Positions 1 through 10,035 of a stretch of 64,000 nt of DNA are shown one piece after another. The position numbers and the translations under genes are program-made. Origin of the DNA: Myxococcota bacterium (GTDB lineage Bacteria; Myxococcota_A; Polyangia; Nannocystales; Nannocystaceae); assembly GCA_039028615.1 (NCBI GenBank), contig JBCCHT010000027.1, positions 96,001 to 160,000 of the forward strand, read 5' to 3'. The notes beneath the pieces are model-generated. The model was not told the DNA's origin. It did no database searches and worked only from the letters and a program-made list of their open reading frames with translations. The stretch's first letter is position 1. Every line of letters starts with the position of its first letter.

Positions 1-419
1 ACGGTGGCCACCGCCTCGGTCACCAACATCCAGGCCACGTGTTCTTCGAGCGAGTCCTCGGTGATGGCGGCCGTACCTCGCAGCAGGCTCGAGTCGATGT
101 CGCGCAGCTCGTGGAGTGCCCAGATGTGCAAGTAGTCGTGCGCGAGGAAGGCCGCCTCGTTGGCGAGGTCGTCGTTCTCGTTGTGCTCGCGAACCTGGGC
201 CCGGGCCTGGCGACAGAAGCCGTCGAGGGCCGAGCCGACCCCGACGTAGACCTCGGAGCGAAACGGGTTCCACCCGGTCGTGCACCGACGGATGACCTTG
301 CGGTAGCGCCACGATTGATCGACGGCGAGCGTCACCACCGAGACGCGCTCATCTTTGACGAGCGCCTCGAGCAGCGGCACCGCACCTCCCAGCTCTCCAA
401 ATTCGAGTATCGCAGACAT
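1..419 (-). CDS. Hypothetical protein, 3'-truncated by window edge; possible zincin-like HDxxH motif
   Basis: Not in ORF track; hand translation from ATG at 419: MSAILEFGELGGAVPLLEAL...FLAHDYLHIWALHELRD...WMLVTEAVATV, open to position 1; co-oriented 50 bp downstream of ECF sigma gene. Confidence 0.7.
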   Translation of the reverse strand, partial: MSAILEFGELGGAVPLLEALVKDERVSVVTLAVDQSWRYRKVIRRCTTGWNPFRSEVYVGVGSALDGFCRQARAQVREHNENDDLANEAAFLAHDYLHIWALHELRDIDSSLLRGTAAITEDSLEEHVAWMLVTEAVAT

Positions 420-468
420 GATGTGGACTCATTAGCCACGTAGGACCGGCGGTGGATCACGGGGGACT

Positions 469-1149
469 TCAGGTTCGTGCTTCGACCGCGACGGGGTCGT
501 GACCCGCCGCCCATGCCTCGAAGCTCGGCGTCGCGGATCGGGCCGCCGAGGGAACCCGAGCCCCCGCGCGCACTTGGTCGAGCAGGCGTGCCCGGGCTCG
601 ACGCAAGCGGCTCTTCACCGTGCCCTGCGGGATGCCCAGACGCCGACTCATCTGCATCGTCGACAGGCCCTGCCAGTAGTGCAGCGCCACCATCAACTGG
701 AGCTCCCGAGGGATGCGGGGCAAGGCGCCCGCCAGCAGACGCAGCTGCTCGTGATCGGCCAGGACTCCGCTATAGGAGCAGGGCTCGTCGGTGGCTGGCA
801 TGCGGCTGGTGTCGAGGTCTTCGGTCTGCTTGCGCCGCTCGACGAAGTAGCGAAGCAGCTCGAAGCGAGCGATGCCGAACAAGAACGCCCGGAAGCTCGA
901 GGCCTCGCGCACGGCATCACGCTTCTCGATGCACGCGACGATGCTGCGCTGCAGCAGCTCTTGGTGGTCGCGCGCGGCATGACGCAGGAAATAGCGGTGC
1001 AGCGCGGCTTGGTGACGGCCGATCAGCGCCTGGCCGGCGTCGACCGCTCCACTGCGCCAGCGCTCGAGGAGCTCGGCATCGGTGGCCTGGCTACGGCTAC
1101 GGCGAGACTCGGTACAACCACGGGGACGAAGGGCGGATCTCATCGGCAA
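469..1149 (-). CDS. ECF-type RNA polymerase sigma-70 factor
   Basis: DAELLERWRSG, region 2 SFRAFLFGIARFEL, region 4 LGIPQGTVKSRLRRAR. Confidence 0.85.
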   Translation of the reverse strand: MPMRSALRPRGCTESRRSRSQATDAELLERWRSGAVDAGQALIGRHQAALHRYFLRHAARDHQELLQRSIVACIEKRDAVREASSFRAFLFGIARFELLRYFVERRKQTEDLDTSRMPATDEPCSYSGVLADHEQLRLLAGALPRIPRELQLMVALHYWQGLSTMQMSRRLGIPQGTVKSRLRRARARLLDQVRAGARVPSAARSATPSFEAWAAGHDPVAVEART

Positions 1150-1547
1150 ATACGGCTTTCACGTCCGCTCCTTCGGCGACCCAAGGTCGTCGCCGTAAGG
1201 AGCAGCACAGGTAGGGGGCCGACAAGAGGTGTCACGCTCGGTTTGCCGCGACAACCGGCGTAGCGGCGAATTAAGGCGGTACGAAAGGCTTAAGCGCGGC
1301 GCCTCGTTCGTGCGTCACCACGAACGTCGACCGGCGGGATTCGAAGGGGCCACGAAGTTAAGACCATGGTCATCGAGCATCGTCGCCGGCCCGGGAACCG
1401 AGCGGCGTATTCCCGCGACGCCGTGAGTTCCGGCCCGAAGACCGTCGAATTTCGATCGCGGGAATGGGACGACGAAGCTGCCGCGTCACCCGTGGCGGAG
1501 GTCGTGCGCCTGCGACTCGATCGCCGCGACGCGCCGCTCGGAACGAG

Positions 1548-2510
1548 TCAGATCAGCGACAGCTGAGTCGCGCGCCCTTGGACCTGCACCGTCGCTCCGA
1601 GCTCGCGCAGCCACGCCGCGCCCAACGACGACCACTGGCTATCGCCCCGCAGCAGGATTCGCGGCCGACCGCAGGTCTCCCAGAACGCAGCGAGCCGCGG
1701 GCGATCGATGCGATCGGGACATCCGACCTCGACCACGTGCATCCGCTCGCCCGCGTCACCCAACCCTTTGCGCCACGCCTCGACCCCCTCGCGCACGGGC
1801 TCGGGCGCACTGACGAGTACGGTGGCGACCACCGAGTGCCGGGCCAGCCCCGCACCACCGATGGCATCGTGAGGCCACAGCACCACCTTGCCCTCGGGAT
1901 CGAGGTTTTCGATGTAGGGCGAAAAGCGGGGGTGCGCCTGAAAGGTGACCTCGTCGCCGCAGGCCTGCACGACCTGCCGGGCCGCCACCGCGGTGTCGAC
2001 GAGCACGAGCACGCCGCCGCCCAGCGCGGTGAGGGTCTGCATGCCCTTGGCCGACAGCGGCTTGTGGGCGGGCTCGAGTGCCCACTCGGCCTGGGCCCGC
2101 AGCAACATCCAGTCGCACGGCGCCGAACCGGGCGCCATGCCCAACCCCCAGGTGTACAGCACCCGCAGCCCGCCTTTGCGGTGGGCCAGCCGCAGCGACG
2201 TGCCGCCCAGCGGTAGATCCGAAGCGACCGCGTCGACGGTCAGGCGCCCGACGCCGAACTGCCGCCCGTGCTCGATCAGCACCGCCCGCGCGAGGCTGGT
2301 GCGCTGCGCGGGCGAGAGATTGGCCAGCGCCATCGCGTAGACCAGGTCGCGATGCCCGATCCACGGCCCGGGCGCGAGTTTCGGCTGGGCGCCGACATGG
2401 GACAGGAAACAGGTGCGATCGGGCGAGGGCTCGTCGAGCGACAGGCGCTCGCGCGACACCATGTGCTGCACCTCGTGGAGCTCGTCTTCCACCGTGGATG
2501 ACTTGGCCAC
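1548..2510 (-). CDS. Hypothetical protein, probable degenerate metallo-beta-lactamase/beta-CASP fold
   Basis: LSLDEPSPDRTCFLSH, RVLYTW, APCDWMLLRA segments parallel beta-CASP exonucleases but HxHxDH is missing; 3 bp from tadA stop. Confidence 0.5.
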   Translation of the reverse strand: MAKSSTVEDELHEVQHMVSRERLSLDEPSPDRTCFLSHVGAQPKLAPGPWIGHRDLVYAMALANLSPAQRTSLARAVLIEHGRQFGVGRLTVDAVASDLPLGGTSLRLAHRKGGLRVLYTWGLGMAPGSAPCDWMLLRAQAEWALEPAHKPLSAKGMQTLTALGGGVLVLVDTAVAARQVVQACGDEVTFQAHPRFSPYIENLDPEGKVVLWPHDAIGGAGLARHSVVATVLVSAPEPVREGVEAWRKGLGDAGERMHVVEVGCPDRIDRPRLAAFWETCGRPRILLRGDSQWSSLGAAWLRELGATVQVQGRATQLSLI

Positions 2511-2513
2511 GAG

Positions 2514-3017
2514 TCAGCCCTTCCTCTTGGCGCGGACCCGCCGAAAGAACGTGCGCAGAAGCTCGGCCGAGGGCTCCGCGAGCACCCCGGGGCAAACCTC
2601 GACGCGATGGTTGAGCCGAGGGTCGGAACAGATCTCGTAGAGACTTCGCACTGCGCCCGCCTTGGGATCGTCCGCTCCGTAGACCAGACGCGCAACCCTG
2701 GAATTGACGATCGCCCCCGCACACATCGGGCAGGGCTCGAGGGTCACGTAGAGGGTCGCGCCGTCGACCCGCCACCGTCCGGCGCTTCGACAGGCGTCCC
2801 GCAATGCAACGATCTCCGCGTGTCCGGTGGGATCGGCTTCGACCTCGCGTCGGTTGTACCCGACCCCCACGATCTGCCCGTCGCGCACCACGACGGCGCC
2901 CACCGGCACGTCGCCCCGATCCGCGGCCGCCCGGGCCAGGGACAGGGCGTAGCCCATGAAGTGCTCGTCGTCGGCGCTCACGCGGCGGCGAGAGTCCCTC
3001 ACAACCCTGCCGCTCAC
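2514..3017 (-). CDS. tadA: tRNA adenosine(34) deaminase
   Basis: VPVGAVVV, HAE, TLEPCPMCAGAI, YGADDPKAGA, LNHRV, FF motifs. Confidence 0.92.
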   Translation of the reverse strand: MSGRVVRDSRRRVSADDEHFMGYALSLARAAADRGDVPVGAVVVRDGQIVGVGYNRREVEADPTGHAEIVALRDACRSAGRWRVDGATLYVTLEPCPMCAGAIVNSRVARLVYGADDPKAGAVRSLYEICSDPRLNHRVEVCPGVLAEPSAELLRTFFRRVRAKRKG

Positions 3018-3102
3018 AAGTCCTCGACGTTTTTGACGCGAAGAGAAATCCCGACGGCTCGTGAGGCGAGATCCTTCGCCCCACGAGCCGTCGGTGGAGA
3101 TC

Positions 3103-4395
3103 TCAAGCGGCCTGGGTCATGGCCCGGCGCATCCGCTGGAGCGCCAGGACCTGTAGCTGCCGGATCCGTTCGCGAGACAACGAGTACTGCTCGCCGATCT
3201 CGGCCAAGGTTCGTGGCTCACCGCCGTCGAGACCGAAGCGCTGGCGCAGGATGTCCCGCTCCATCGGCTCGAGCTCGAGCAACGCCGCCTGCATCTGCTC
3301 GCCCGCCCGCTGCATGTCGAGCACGTCGTTGGGGCTGTGCTCCTCGGGAGCCGACAACAGATCGGCGACCGAGCGCGGATCGTCGGTGGAGAGCCGAGCG
3401 TCGAGGCTCAGCGGCTGCGTGGCCAGGGCCCGGGTGGCGGCCACGACCTTTTCCACCGAGGTGCCGACCGCCTCGGCGAGCTCGGCATCACGGGGATCGC
3501 GGCCCATCTCGCCTCGCATGCGCCGACGGGTCTTCGACAGCTTCTGCGCGAGCGTATGGAGGTGCTGCGGCACGCGAACGGTACGACCGCGATTGACCAC
3601 CGCGCGCCGCATGGTGTGCCGGATCCACCAGCTCGCGTAGGTGGAGAACCGGAAGCCACGCGCGGGCTCGAAGCGATCGACCGCCTTGAGCAGACCGATG
3701 TTGCCCTCTTGGATGAGGTCGGTGAGCGAGAGGCCAGTGCCTCGCATGCGATTGGCCATGCGCACGACCAACCGAAGGTTGGCCTTGGCGAACTGGTTGC
3801 GAGCGATCCGCAACGACGCGGCGGCGCTGCGAATCTTGGCGAGGTGCTCGGCGTAGGGCCGGCTGCCGCGACGAGGCGGATGTACGGGGAGCCCCACGCC
3901 CCGCCGGCTACCCAACGCGAGCTGCTCGAGATCGGCCGCGATGCGATCGGCGAGCATGCACTCCATGTCGTGCTGGCCGAGAAGACGCGCCAGCTCGACC
4001 ACTGCGGCATCGAGGGCGTCGCGGGTGCCCTTGCGATCGCGCTCGCGGACCGCCACGGCCGCCCGAGCGGCCGTGACACAGCAGGCGTCGAGCTCGGCAT
4101 TGGCTTGCTCACCTTGGAACTCGCTGCGCACGGCTCCGGCGATCGCTTCGACGTAGGGCGGATAGCCCATCAGCAATCGCCAATAAGTTTCACGAAGCGT
4201 CCCAATTTCTTCGGCGCGCTGACGTTCCTCTTGGGGCGTCATCAGCGGATGGCGAGCGACATCCCGCATGTAGGTGCCGAGGGATGGTTCTGGACCCGAA
4301 GAGTCCCCGACCCCGGTGGCCGAAACCCGACGCGGACTGGTCGGCGGCGGCAGGGGTTGCAGGTTGGGGCGGGTTTGCGGACTGGTGTCGGACAT
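3103..4395 (-). CDS. Sigma-70 family RNA polymerase sigma factor (group 2, RpoS/SigB-like)
   Basis: YMRDVARHPLMT (1.2), [42 protein letters not shown]; no region 1.1. Confidence 0.9.
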   Translation of the reverse strand: MSDTSPQTRPNLQPLPPPTSPRRVSATGVGDSSGPEPSLGTYMRDVARHPLMTPQEERQRAEEIGTLRETYWRLLMGYPPYVEAIAGAVRSEFQGEQANAELDACCVTAARAAVAVRERDRKGTRDALDAAVVELARLLGQHDMECMLADRIAADLEQLALGSRRGVGLPVHPPRRGSRPYAEHLAKIRSAAASLRIARNQFAKANLRLVVRMANRMRGTGLSLTDLIQEGNIGLLKAVDRFEPARGFRFSTYASWWIRHTMRRAVVNRGRTVRVPQHLHTLAQKLSKTRRRMRGEMGRDPRDAELAEAVGTSVEKVVAATRALATQPLSLDARLSTDDPRSVADLLSAPEEHSPNDVLDMQRAGEQMQAALLELEPMERDILRQRFGLDGGEPRTLAEIGEQYSLSRERIRQLQVLALQRMRRAMTQAA

Positions 4396-4836
4396 GGCAA
4401 ATGCCTCCCTGGTCGTCTCCGTGAGACAGTACGGAGCGAAATCGGATTCCCACGAAGTACCGATGGCTTCGTTGGGACCGCGGAGCGTGGGTCGGGCCGG
4501 ACCCACCGCTTAGTTGAACGGAGCAGGACCCCCGGCGGTTTCCTCGAAACTGGGTCCATCGCTCGCTTTGCTCCACACAGGGGTGGATCAAAGGTGAGTT
4601 TCGGCGCGCAGTCCCGGCCACAGCACTGTAAGCACGCGATCACGGTCCGCAACCGCAACGCGTGGATAAATCGGAACAATCCCCCGTGGTGCGACGCTCG
4701 TCACAGAGGGGTTCATTTCCCGCCGTCTTGGCGCTGTATCCGCGAGCGTTTCGGCCCAGCAGAACGCACACAGAACGCCTACCTCGGCCCTGATGGCGGC
4801 AATGCGCCTACCTCGGGACGGTGTCCCGACTCGGGC

Positions 4837-5733
4837 TCAGGCGGACTCCGACACCGGCGCTTCGATTGCCACTGTGTCATGGAAGCGCAGGTAGTCGATC
4901 CGCAGGCGGCCGTCTTCGGTGTAGTCCACGATGTCCACGAAGCGCTGGCCCCAGCGGAAGTCCATGGTGTCGTAGACGTGCCGCGCGTGGACCGTTTGGG
5001 AGAAGGTCCCATCGATTCCGGTCATCGAGACGATGAGCCGAACCTCCTCTTCGGCCAGCTGCGCCTCGGTGTAGCCGTACAGCGGGCTGTTTTCGTCGAG
5101 TTCGTGGATCACGGTCCACGTCATCGCGAACATCGGGGTCGTGGACCGCAGCAGGGGCAGGTCCATGAGCCTCCGCATTTTCTCCCCTTCCATGGTGACT
5201 TCGGGGACGAGCGCCGCGACGCGCAGGGACGCCTCGATGATCTCGTTGCCCCGCGCATTGCCGACGCGAAACACGAGGGCGGGCTTTCCGTTGCGGAGCC
5301 CCACCGTGATCGGGGTGGAGAACAAGACCTTGGCGCGCGGGCGCGAGAACTTGGCAAAGACCAGGCCGGTGGCGATGGCGGTACCGATGAGGCCGGTCAT
5401 GGCCTCGAAGGTCACCAGCGTGTGCACCGTGCCGTTGGTCGGGGCGAGCGTGCCGTAGCCGATGGTCGACAAGGTCTGCACGCTGAAGGCGAAGGCATCG
5501 GTGAAGTCGCCGCCCTCGGCCGAGTTGATGCCGTCCTTGTTGAGCACGTACAGCGTCGCGAACAGCAGGTTGGTGACCAGATAGGCCAGGCCCAGCAAGC
5601 CCATGAGCAACCACCACGACCGCCGCATGAGGTGGTAGTAGAGGTCGGTGAGCGGGCTGAGGCGGAGTCCGACGCGTACGGCATGCGATGGGTCACCGAT
5701 GCGGGCAGGAGCCTTGGCCATGGTGCCAGCCAT
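4837..5733 (-). CDS. Inward-rectifier potassium channel (KirBac)
   Basis: FAFSVQTLSTIGYG filter, two TM helices, FAKFSRP, FRVGNARGN, WTVIHELDENSPL cytoplasmic domain. Confidence 0.93.
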   Translation of the reverse strand: MAGTMAKAPARIGDPSHAVRVGLRLSPLTDLYYHLMRRSWWLLMGLLGLAYLVTNLLFATLYVLNKDGINSAEGGDFTDAFAFSVQTLSTIGYGTLAPTNGTVHTLVTFEAMTGLIGTAIATGLVFAKFSRPRAKVLFSTPITVGLRNGKPALVFRVGNARGNEIIEASLRVAALVPEVTMEGEKMRRLMDLPLLRSTTPMFAMTWTVIHELDENSPLYGYTEAQLAEEEVRLIVSMTGIDGTFSQTVHARHVYDTMDFRWGQRFVDIVDYTEDGRLRIDYLRFHDTVAIEAPVSESA

Positions 5734-5895
5734 GCCCCAAAACCCCTGCTCGACCCAAGAAAACGGCCGAGACGAGGGGGGTGAATCGGCCCACGGGGTC
5801 GTACCGCGCGCTTCGCGAACGTCTGTCCCGCCAGCATCGTCGGCGTGAAACCGCCCGAGCGACCCGAGGGCAGCCGCGCTGATATCGTCGGCCCG

Positions 5896-6729
5896 ATGCG
5901 CGTGCGCTCGCCGTTGCCGTGGCTCGGGCTGAGCCTGCTCATCGCATGCGGCGACGAGTGCGGGGACGTGACCCCGGCCGACACCGACCTGCCGAGCACG
6001 GGCATGACCGCGGCGTCGGTGGAGACGACCGCGGCGACGGGATTGCAGTGCTCGACGCCTCCGCCCGACGACGGCCAGTACGGCGCCTGCCCCGAGGGGT
6101 GTGAGGGCGGCGGTCAGTGCCTCAGTGATGGATCGAGCTGGGGCGTCTGCACGCGGGGATGCTTCGACGACTGCGACTGCTGGCCCGCGACGGGATCGAG
6201 CGGGGCGCGAGCGAGGTGCAGCACGACCGTGCTGCCGTCGGCTGGGGTTTGCGTGCTCGATTGCTCGGCGGGGCCGGCCTGCCCCGAGGGAACCGCCTGC
6301 GTGGAAGGGCTCGGCCTGTGCGCGCACGACTTCGTGGCGGGGCTCGACTCTTCGGGAACGGGCACGGATACGGAAGGCACGTCGAGCGGATCGGACTCTT
6401 CGGGCGGCGATACGGACTCGGGGAGCACGACCGACGAGGGGGGCAGCTCGAGCTCGGACTCCAGCAGCTCGGGCTCGACGGGAGGCTCCGATTCGGGGAC
6501 CAGCGCTTCGGGTTCTTCGGGCTCGAGTTCGGGGGGTTCGGACTCCGGGAGCTCCGACTCGGGAGGCTCGGAGTCATCGGGAAGCTCCGGCTCGTCGGGC
6601 TCCGGCTCGGGGGGAACTTCGGGAAGCTCGGGCGCCAGCTCGTCCGATTCGGGCTCGACGGGCTCCGAGTCGTCGAGTTCCGACGGCGGCACCACGGGCA
6701 CCACGGGCGGGTCGTCGGGCGGGACCTGA
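5896..6729 (+). CDS. Cys-rich lipoprotein with Ser/Gly-rich low-complexity tail
   Basis: Lipobox LLIAC; Cys-rich C..C domain; about 120-residue S/G/T/D tail. Confidence 0.75.
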   Translation: MRVRSPLPWLGLSLLIACGDECGDVTPADTDLPSTGMTAASVETTAATGLQCSTPPPDDGQYGACPEGCEGGGQCLSDGSSWGVCTRGCFDDCDCWPATGSSGARARCSTTVLPSAGVCVLDCSAGPACPEGTACVEGLGLCAHDFVAGLDSSGTGTDTEGTSSGSDSSGGDTDSGSTTDEGGSSSSDSSSSGSTGGSDSGTSASGSSGSSSGGSDSGSSDSGGSESSGSSGSSGSGSGGTSGSSGASSSDSGSTGSESSSSDGGTTGTTGGSSGGT

Positions 6730-6771
6730 TCGCCGCTTGCATCGCGCAGCATCCCGAGCCAGCCTGCCCCC

Positions 6772-7899
6772 ATGCGAGGGTGGGCCCTGGGCGCGGCGAT
6801 GATGGTGAGCTGTGCCGAGCCTCGCACGGCCGAGCCACCCGCGGCTCCTTCACCCCCGGCCGCGGCGGCCGAACCCGAAACGCCCACGCCACCGCCGACT
6901 CCGGGCGGCTCCGCCGACGCATCGGCCCCCGAGGCTCCGGCCGACGTCGGCCACTCCCCCGCCGCTCCCGTCGAGCCATCGGTGCTCGAGCTTCCCGCAT
7001 CGCACTCGACCTCGCTGGGCAGCCCCACCGCGGGGCGCCTCGAGGGCGGCGTGGCGCTCCCCCTCGACGCGCCGGGCCTGCTTCGTTTGCCAAACAAAGA
7101 CCCGGAGTCCCGCTACGGCACGGTCGAGCTCGTCCAGGCGCTGGTGCGCGCGGCGGCGACGGTCGAGCACGACGACCCGGGCGCGCCCGTGTCCATCGGT
7201 GACCTGTCCCGGCCGCAGGGCGGTGACATCCGCGGGCACGCGTCGCACCGCAGCGGACGCGATGTCGACGTGCTGTTCTACCTGCTCCACGACGACGACA
7301 CGCCGTTCGTCCCCGCGAAGTTCATCCCGCTCGACCCCGAGGGCCGCGGCACCGACTACGGCGACCTGAGCGATCCCTCCGACGACGTGCCCGTGCACGT
7401 CGACGTGCCCCGAACTTGGCGCTTCGTGGCCGCCCTGCTCGCCGACGAAGCGGCGGCCGTGCAGCGCATCCTGATCGTCGAGCACCTCCGTAGCGCGCTG
7501 CTGGCCGAAGCCAAGCGCCAAGAGGCCCCCGCGAGCATCGTCCAGCGCTTCGCCGAGGTGACCTGCCAGCCTCGCTTTCCCCACGACGACCACATGCACA
7601 TCCGAGTGTTCTGCAGCGCCGAAGACATCCGCGCCGGCTGCGAAGACCCCAAGCCTCGGTTCCCGTGGCGCGTCTCCGCCCTCGCGGCAGAGGGCGTCGA
7701 GATGCTGGCCCCCGGCACGGGCAAGGCGATGGAGTCACCGACCGCGCCCGCCGAGAAGTCCAAATCCAAGCTCAAGCTCAAGACCATCGAGCAGGCGCGG
7801 GCCGAGGCCGGCCCCATGCACGAGGACGTGGTCGAGTTTCTCGATCGGCGCGAGGCGTGGGCACGCAAGCCGCATCCGGGGCGTCGGTGGTGTCGATGA
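6772..7899 (+). CDS. Penicillin-insensitive murein endopeptidase (MepA/M74-like) lipoprotein
   Basis: SLGSPTAGRL, YGT, IGDLSRPQGG, HASHRSGRDVD, HDDHMHIR; lipobox MVSC. Confidence 0.85.
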   Translation: MRGWALGAAMMVSCAEPRTAEPPAAPSPPAAAAEPETPTPPPTPGGSADASAPEAPADVGHSPAAPVEPSVLELPASHSTSLGSPTAGRLEGGVALPLDAPGLLRLPNKDPESRYGTVELVQALVRAAATVEHDDPGAPVSIGDLSRPQGGDIRGHASHRSGRDVDVLFYLLHDDDTPFVPAKFIPLDPEGRGTDYGDLSDPSDDVPVHVDVPRTWRFVAALLADEAAAVQRILIVEHLRSALLAEAKRQEAPASIVQRFAEVTCQPRFPHDDHMHIRVFCSAEDIRAGCEDPKPRFPWRVSALAAEGVEMLAPGTGKAMESPTAPAEKSKSKLKLKTIEQARAEAGPMHEDVVEFLDRREAWARKPHPGRRWCR

Positions 7900-10031
7900 T
7901 GAAGGCGCACGCAAAGGTCATCGCCCAGGCGCTGTCACGCAAGCCCCGGCAGGTCGAGGCCGTGCTCGAGCTGCTGGCGGGCGGCGCCACGGTGCCGTTC
8001 ATCGCCCGCTATCGCAAAGAAGCCACCGGTTCGCTCGATGAAGTCGCGGTGGCCGCGATTCGCGATCAACAGCAGGCGCTGGTCGAGCTCGACAAGCGTC
8101 GCGACGCGATCCTCTCGTCGTTGCGCGAACGAGGGCTGTGCACGCCCGCGCTCGAGCGACAGCTCGCCGCCGCGCAGACGCGAGCCGAGCTCGAAGACCT
8201 GTACCTCCCGCATCGACCCAAGCGACGGACCCGAGCCACCACGGCACGCGAGCGAGGCCTGCAACCCCTCGCCGATGCCATCCTGGCGCCAGATGGTCGC
8301 CGGATCGATGCCCGGCGCTTCGTCGACAAAACCAAAGGGGTCGACGATGTCGACGCCGCGCTCGCGGGCGCCCGGGACATCATCGCCGAGCGCATCAACG
8401 AAGACGCCGACGCCCGCGCTCAGTTGCGCACGATCTTCAGCCGCCAGGGCACGCTGCGTTCACGGGTGGTCAAGGCCAAGCAAGCGCAAGCCAGCAAGTT
8501 CCGCGACTACTTCCAATGGAGCGAGAGCCTGCGTCGGGCCCCCTCGCATCGGGTGCTCGCGGTCCTGCGCGGCAAGAACGAAGGGCTGCTCACCGTCACC
8601 GCGCGCCCGGAGGAACGCGACGCCATTGCTCGCCTGCGGCGACGCTTCGCCAGCGGGCAGGGCTTCGCGGGCAAGCAGGTCGACCTGGCGATCACCGACG
8701 CCTACAAGCGCCTGCTCATGCCTTCGCTGGAGCGCGAGGCGCTGTCGGAGGCCAAGGTCCGGGCCGATCGCCAGGCCATCGACGTCTTCGGCACCAACCT
8801 CCGCGAGGTCTTGATGGCCCCGCCGCTGGGGCCCAAGCCCGTGCTGGCCATCGACCCCGGCTTTCGTACCGGCTGCAAGGTGGCCGTGCTCGACGCCCAC
8901 GGGTCGTTGCTGCACCACACCACCGTGTTCGTGCATCAGTCGGGGCCGCGCCGCGAAGCCGCGGGACGTACGCTGGCCACCGCCTGCGAGCGCCACGGGG
9001 TGGAGGCCATCGCGGTCGGCAACGGCACCGCCGGGCGCGAGACCCAGCAGTTCGTCGAAGGCCTCGAGCTCGGCCTCCCGATCATCGCCGTCGACGAGAG
9101 CGGCGCCTCGATCTACAGCGCCAGCGAGGTCGCCCGCGAAGAACTCCCCGACCTCGATCTCACCGTGCGCGGGGCGATCTCGATCGGCCGCCGCCTGCAG
9201 GACCCGCTCGCCGAGCTGGTGAAGCTCGACCCCAAATCCATCGGCGTCGGTCAGTACCAGCACGATGTCGATCCCCGGGCCCTGGCCGAGCGCCTGGCCG
9301 ACACGATCCGCAGCGCCGTGAATGCGGTGGGCGTCGACCTCAACTCGGCCAGCGCGCAGCTGCTGGCCCACGTGGCCGGCCTGGGCGAGAAGCTGGCCGC
9401 GGCCATCGTGAAGCACCGCGCCAAGGCGGGGCCGTTTCGCGACCGCCGCTCGCTGACCGACGTGCCTCGGCTGGGCGCACGCGCGTTCGAGCAAGCGGCC
9501 GGGTTCCTGCGCATCCGCGATGCCGCCCACCCGCTCGACGGCAGCGCGGTGCACCCCGAGCGCTATGCCCTCGTGGAGCGCATGGCCCGGGATCAGAAGT
9601 GCTCGCTGAAGCAGTTGCTCGACGACCCGAGGCGGCGGGCCGCGATCGACATCGCAGCCTATGTCGACGACGAGGTCGGGCGCCCTACCCTCGAGGACAT
9701 CATGGCCGAGCTGGGCAAACCGGGGCGAGACCCACGGCCCGCATTCGAGGCGTTCAGCTTCGCCGACGTCCACGAGATCGGCGACCTGCGCCCGGGCATG
9801 GTGCTCCCGGGCATCGTCACCAACGTCACCAACTTCGGCGCCTTCGTGGACATCGGGGTGCACGACGACGGCTTGGTCCACATCAGCCAGCTCGCCGATC
9901 GCTTCGTGCGGGACCCCAACGAGGTGGTGCGGGTGCGTCAGCAGGTCATGGTGACGGTGGTCGACATCGACCTCGATCGCCGCCGGATCGGCCTGTCGAT
10001 GCGCTCGGACGCGGCCCCCAAAGCCGGCTGA
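7896..10031 (+). CDS. tex: Tex family RNA-binding transcriptional accessory protein
   Basis: GATVPFIARYRKEATGSLDE, IDPGFRTGCK, SIYSAS, RRLQDPLAELVK, C-terminal S1 (NFGAFVDIG); ATG overlaps upstream TGA. Confidence 0.95.
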   Translation: MMKAHAKVIAQALSRKPRQVEAVLELLAGGATVPFIARYRKEATGSLDEVAVAAIRDQQQALVELDKRRDAILSSLRERGLCTPALERQLAAAQTRAELEDLYLPHRPKRRTRATTARERGLQPLADAILAPDGRRIDARRFVDKTKGVDDVDAALAGARDIIAERINEDADARAQLRTIFSRQGTLRSRVVKAKQAQASKFRDYFQWSESLRRAPSHRVLAVLRGKNEGLLTVTARPEERDAIARLRRRFASGQGFAGKQVDLAITDAYKRLLMPSLEREALSEAKVRADRQAIDVFGTNLREVLMAPPLGPKPVLAIDPGFRTGCKVAVLDAHGSLLHHTTVFVHQSGPRREAAGRTLATACERHGVEAIAVGNGTAGRETQQFVEGLELGLPIIAVDESGASIYSASEVAREELPDLDLTVRGAISIGRRLQDPLAELVKLDPKSIGVGQYQHDVDPRALAERLADTIRSAVNAVGVDLNSASAQLLAHVAGLGEKLAAAIVKHRAKAGPFRDRRSLTDVPRLGARAFEQAAGFLRIRDAAHPLDGSAVHPERYALVERMARDQKCSLKQLLDDPRRRAAIDIAAYVDDEVGRPTLEDIMAELGKPGRDPRPAFEAFSFADVHEIGDLRPGMVLPGIVTNVTNFGAFVDIGVHDDGLVHISQLADRFVRDPNEVVRVRQQVMVTVVDIDLDRRRIGLSMRSDAAPKAG

Positions 10032-10035
10032 GCGC

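Noticed and set aside
4661..4669. DnaA-box-like TTATCCACG (minus strand)
   Set aside because: Single imperfect copy, no cluster or AT-rich unwinding element
3337..5784. 815-aa + strand ORF
   Set aside because: Antisense shadow of the sigma and KirBac genes; typical high-GC artefact with no motifs
6340..6729. Repetitive TCG/GGC/AGC tract (also 25300-25950, 37330-37490)
   Set aside because: Encodes Ser/Gly low-complexity linkers; no fixed repeat-spacer period, so not CRISPR
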